Source of the DNA: Phaeosaccion multiseriatum
Taxonomy: Eukaryota > Protista > Ochrophyta, other classes
DNA: 64,000 nt
Assembly: GCA_965112735.1 (NCBI GenBank)
Contig: OZ218962.1
Span: forward strand, 186,001 to 250,000
Direction: 5' to 3'
Shown one piece after another: positions 60,050-64,000 of the stretch (position 1 is its first letter; each line of letters begins with the position of its first letter). Both the position numbers and the translations under genes were made by a program. The notes below the pieces were generated by a model. The model saw only the letters and a program-made list of their open reading frames with translations, searched no databases and was not told where the DNA came from.

Positions 60050-62938
60050 GTACCGTGATGTGGGGCACCTGCCCCACGAAATTATGGTTTTGGATATTTT
60101 ATGGGCCACAAATGCTCGTTTTTCAAGTTTTTTATCCAATATTTTTTGGTTGTGGGGCATTCTCCCCCCCCTCCCCACATGGATTTTTATTCATTCACAG
60201 CATCAGCATATTTGCACAGGGCAGCTATGTAAGAGGAGCAGCGGCTGCGCGGACGATACCCGGCTGTAACAGCTGATGCCAGTGGTGGGAGGGGCATCTC
60301 CCACGTGAATTTGCAGGAGAACAGAGCATACCATGGCTGACGTCGCTGTTGCTACGGTTCCGGAAGCACCAGCAGCAGAGGGGGAAGAAGCACCGCTTAC
60401 TGCAGAGCAGCAGCAGATTCAGAACCTCCGAAACAACACCATCGCCCCACGCTCGAGAAGTGGATATGCATGCGCCTCCACCATGCTGATCCGATACCTC
60501 TTCCGCAAGCACCCGGAGCTTCTGGACCCTGACTTCAGGACAGCATTTGCTCCACCGGAAGGGGAAGAGGAGGAAGACGGGGAAGATGGGGAAGAGGAGG
60601 AAGCACAGAGGAGAGCAGCAGCAGCCGCAGCAGCCGCCGCACCTGGCGGAGCGGGTGGTGCCACTGCAGCGGCACAGCAGACGCCGGCTGAGGTGTCGAG
60701 AGCAGCGAAAGCCCAAGCAAAGGCCAAGAAGAAGGCTGAGGCGCAGTGGACGAAGCGGGTGAAGGCACACTTGATCCAAGCACCTCGGGCGCCGCACCCT
60801 TTGCTGTTCCATCTGCTGACAGCCGACGCGTTCTTCGGGTGGCTGCTTGAAGTCAAGAAGGGGCCGAAGGGCTTATCCAAGGCCGGTGCACAGTCGAAAC
60901 GCTCTGCACTCTTCAATCTGTACAGAGACTACCATCAGGAGGAACAGCACCGCAAATTGCAAAGCGACCTTGCGACGCTCACCAAGGGGCTGAAGAGGAC
61001 GATCGCAGGAGAGAAGCAGGAGGGAAATGTCGAAGTCAGAGAAGGGAAGGCTCCCATGCCGTTCGCTCTCTACCGCGCTCTTGCCAAAGGTAAATTCCCA
61101 GCTGTGTGGAGTCAGTGGACAGTGGAAACTAGTGGAGTGGGTGGAGACAAGTGGCTGATGCATTGAATGCCCCCCACTCACTTCCTAGCCCTGACGCCGT
61201 CTTTGGTTGCCACTGTTTCCTTCGCTTGTGTACATCGCAGCAATGCTGAGCTCGGCAGTCTGTGAGAACGGGCACAGACAGGGCGCCTTTGGCCACCCCT
61301 TCCTCGTTCTCTCCTGGAATCTGATGTGCCGCGCCACCAACTGTGTGGAGATTTGTCTCGATCATCTCGAGTGGAAGGGGGACGCGCTCTGCGTCTATTT
61401 TGGGAAGCAAAAGGGCGATCAGCTGGGAGAGAAGGCCCGACATCCTCGCCACGTCTACGCGAATCCAATCATGCCGGAGATCTGCCCCGTCCTCGCGCTT
61501 GGTGTTTACCTCCTGAGCTTTGGTTTTGAGAAGAACGCGCTGTTCGCTGGCAACAATCAGTACGATAGGTATTGCGGCTTCCTCAGACGTACGGCGGCGG
61601 CGAACTCGTCCATTTTGGAAGGCATGGGGCTGACTCCAGAGGACCTCGGCACTCATTCTGGGCGCAAGGGCGCTGCCTCGCACGTCACAAGCGGCTCGTC
61701 CGCTGCTCCCAACCCAATTGCTGTGCAACTTATGGGATGGTCTCTTCCCGGCGTGCAGGGCATCTACTTCAACCCCATCAATGCAGCAGATCAGTATGTG
61801 GGCCGGGCTGCCTCCGGCGCGAACATCTCAGCGAAGGAGTTTGCATTGCTTCCTCCCTTTTTTCAGCGCCTCAAGGTGGACGGCACAGCGAAGGAGGGCA
61901 TTGAAGACGTGCTCGCGGGAGCCATTGTGAGCTGCTTCAGGGACGTGCCGCTGAGATTGAGGAAGGTGGCTGAATTCTGTCTTGCCAGTGTGGTGTACCA
62001 CGCCGGCTTTCTGCGCAGCACTCTTCAGGAGAATCACCCTCTTTTCACGACACAGCTCTTCCGAGATCAAAGGTTGCTGGCGGACCTTTCAGAGCATGTC
62101 GTGCTGAAGTATCCGGACGAGACGGACGAGATTTCTGCAACCGGGATTCCTCCCCACGTCGTGCAGCTGAGGCAATTCCAAGTCGTGGCGGACAGCGTGG
62201 CCTCTCTAGGCGGCAAGCTTGAGGTGTTGGGCCAGACGATCAAGGTCGACTTGGAGACGCTGATCCGTGACGTTCTGGAGGAGAATGCACAGGCCTCTGG
62301 CACTGTCACCAGTCTGGGTGTGAGCAGGGCCCTGCAGACGACCCTCGACGCAGCCTTTTCTAAGAGTGGGCTCAGCGACCTTCTCGCGGCTCACCAGGCA
62401 GGCACTCTGGGCCTTGGTGAGGGTTCGAGCAGCGCCCCGCCCTCTTCTTCTTCTTGTGCAGGTGCAGATCAGCCACCTCTGTATCTCTACAACGGCCGGT
62501 GGCATACCCTTCCCGAGCACTTTGAGGTCCCTAGCTTCACTGTGCGCGCTGCTTGGGAATTCACGACAGCAGACGTGCAGGGGAGGGCGGAGAAGCGAAG
62601 GATGTCAAAATTTTGCTGTTTGATGGGTGCGATTGAATCCGCGGCGAAAGAAAAGGGGCTCTGGAAGGACAAGCCGACGCTTGAAGAAGCGCGAAGCATG
62701 TTTGACGCAGTCAAAGACGCCTTTGACATCAAGTCTCGTTCTGATTCTCACAAGCGCCGCTTCAATCAGCTGGTGTGGACCACCGTGTATAATTTATGGA
62801 GCGCGCAGCAGGCGGACGCGAAAAAACGGGCGAAGCGGGCGAGGGCGAAGGAAAGTGGCACTGGTGCAGACGAGTCGAAGGAGGGGGATGGAGGTGATAG
62901 CGGTGCAGAGGACGACGAGGAGGGAGGTGGCAGCAGCA

Positions 62939-62972
<34 letters not shown>

Positions 62973-63600
62973 AACAGGAGGAGGCGGAGCCGGAGGAGGA
63001 CGAGGAGGAAGGGGTGGGGGAAGGGGGGCCCAAAAAAAACAGCGTACTGGTACTGGTACTGCTTCTGATGCTGCTTCTGCTGCTGCCTCTGATGCGGCCG
63101 CTGCGGCCGCTACTGCCGCTGCTGCCGCGTCAGCAGCGCCGTCGTTGGGCGGCTTGAGAGAGGGAGACATGGCCTTCACATGCTCGTATGGCTGTACTAA
63201 GCCCTCGCAAGTCAAGCTGTTCCTCTGCCCATCCGAAAGAGCGTGTGGAAACCTCGTGCACCACATGTGCACCGTCGAGTTTTGCGACAGCAAGGGTTTT
63301 GCGGAAGGCGATTTTGACTACTACTGTAAGCCATGCATGATTGAGGACGGACACTAAGTGTGTCTGTAAATATGAATACCATTGTTATCGTGGTAATACC
63401 ATTAAATCGTCATATCATAGCGTAGTATATTTTGGAGGAGGAGGGGAGAGATACACACACAAAAAAGGAGGGGGGGGGGGAGGGGCGCTACTGGTCCATA
63501 TTGGGTACTGTACTAAAAATACCCACTTTTAAAAAAATTGGGTACTAAAAATACCCACTTTCACCGAGTGGGGCATCTCGCCCCACCAAAACCGGTCATC
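60050..63600 (+). mobile_element. Crypton DNA transposon (boundaries approximate)
   Basis: Tyrosine recombinase gene with a spliceosomal intron and no RT, AT-rich flanks, and GTGGGGC-n-GCCCCAC palindromes on both sides (60060-60077 and 63568-63586). Confidence 0.72.
60333..63357 (+). CDS. Crypton-type tyrosine recombinase with a C-terminal PHD-like finger (2 exons, intron 61090-61240)
   Basis: RSALFNLY, EGKAPMPFALY, LSWNLMCR, KQKGDQ, RHVYANP...CPVLAL, GTHSGRKG, GWS...GIY and ADQYVGR give the R-K-HxxR-W-Y catalytic set. C-terminal CSYGC...C....C...HHMC...YCKPC. Confidence 0.88.
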
Positions 63601-64000
63601 AATAGATAAACTTGTCCAAGGGGAAGAAAAGAAAAGCCAATGAGCCTGGAGCCTGGAGGAGGGAGAGTTCGAGTTAGCCGTGCGTGCGGTCAAGAGGTCC
63701 GTCAAGCAAGAGGTGGCTGTGCTTGGCTGATGTTGAGGCGGCGGGTGGCTGAGGCGCGGCAGCAAGTCCGAAGAGGCAGCCAGTGAAGCCAGGACGTTGC
63801 ATTCGATATATATTCGCTTCTTGCATTGATTCATCCCTTGCTTGTACTTCATCTGATTGCTTGTACTTCTTCTAATTCATCCCTTGCTTGTACTTCATCA
63901 GTACAAGGCGAGATAGTAAGAAGAAAAAAATCGCTCAAGCTGCTGCTCTGCTCAGGGGGGGGGGGGGGCTGCGTTCGCTCCAAGCGCCGCCAAGAGTTAC

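Noticed and set aside
63600-64000. 107-aa minus-strand ORF and GCTTGTACTTC repeats at the right edge
   Set aside because: No identifiable product, and the context is truncated by the window.
1-64000. tRNA/rRNA genes and a prokaryotic origin
   Set aside because: No RNA gene was recognised by eye (tRNAscan-SE/Infernal not run); spliceosomal introns show the DNA is eukaryotic.

Overview
Eukaryotic nuclear DNA, GC-rich and gene-dense, with GT-AG introns full of microsatellites and minisatellites. It most likely comes from a photosynthetic stramenopile (ochrophyte alga): three genes carry signal-peptide + 'AF' bipartite plastid presequences, and a GH161 glucan phosphorylase and a Crypton-type element are present. 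I read about 15 protein genes plus one transposon, in this order: a partial CUE/RNF216-like gene, a CTFxP-repeat protein, a GH16 laminarinase with 2 CBM4-like modules, an orphan-domain protein with 2 CBM4-like modules, an F-box/DUF3506 protein, a plastid-type SAP-SfsA, an SLC37 sugar-phosphate/Pi antiporter head-to-head with a ~25-exon membrane-anchored GH161 beta-1,3-glucan phosphorylase, a GRIP golgin, a Sir2-ZZ sirtuin, PGR5, a plastid RRF, a TPT/SLC35E transporter beside a polysaccharide pyruvyltransferase, and a Crypton tyrosine recombinase with a PHD-like finger. The two best candidate systems are (1) a putative vacuolar chrysolaminarin phosphorolysis/export module (GH161 + SLC37, both with GYxx-hydrophobic sorting motifs, with the GH16/CBM4 genes nearby) and (2) a putative Golgi glycan-pyruvylation pair (PEP-type transporter + pyruvyltransferase). 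All family calls come from motif recognition by eye, exon boundaries are manual and approximate, and no searches were run.
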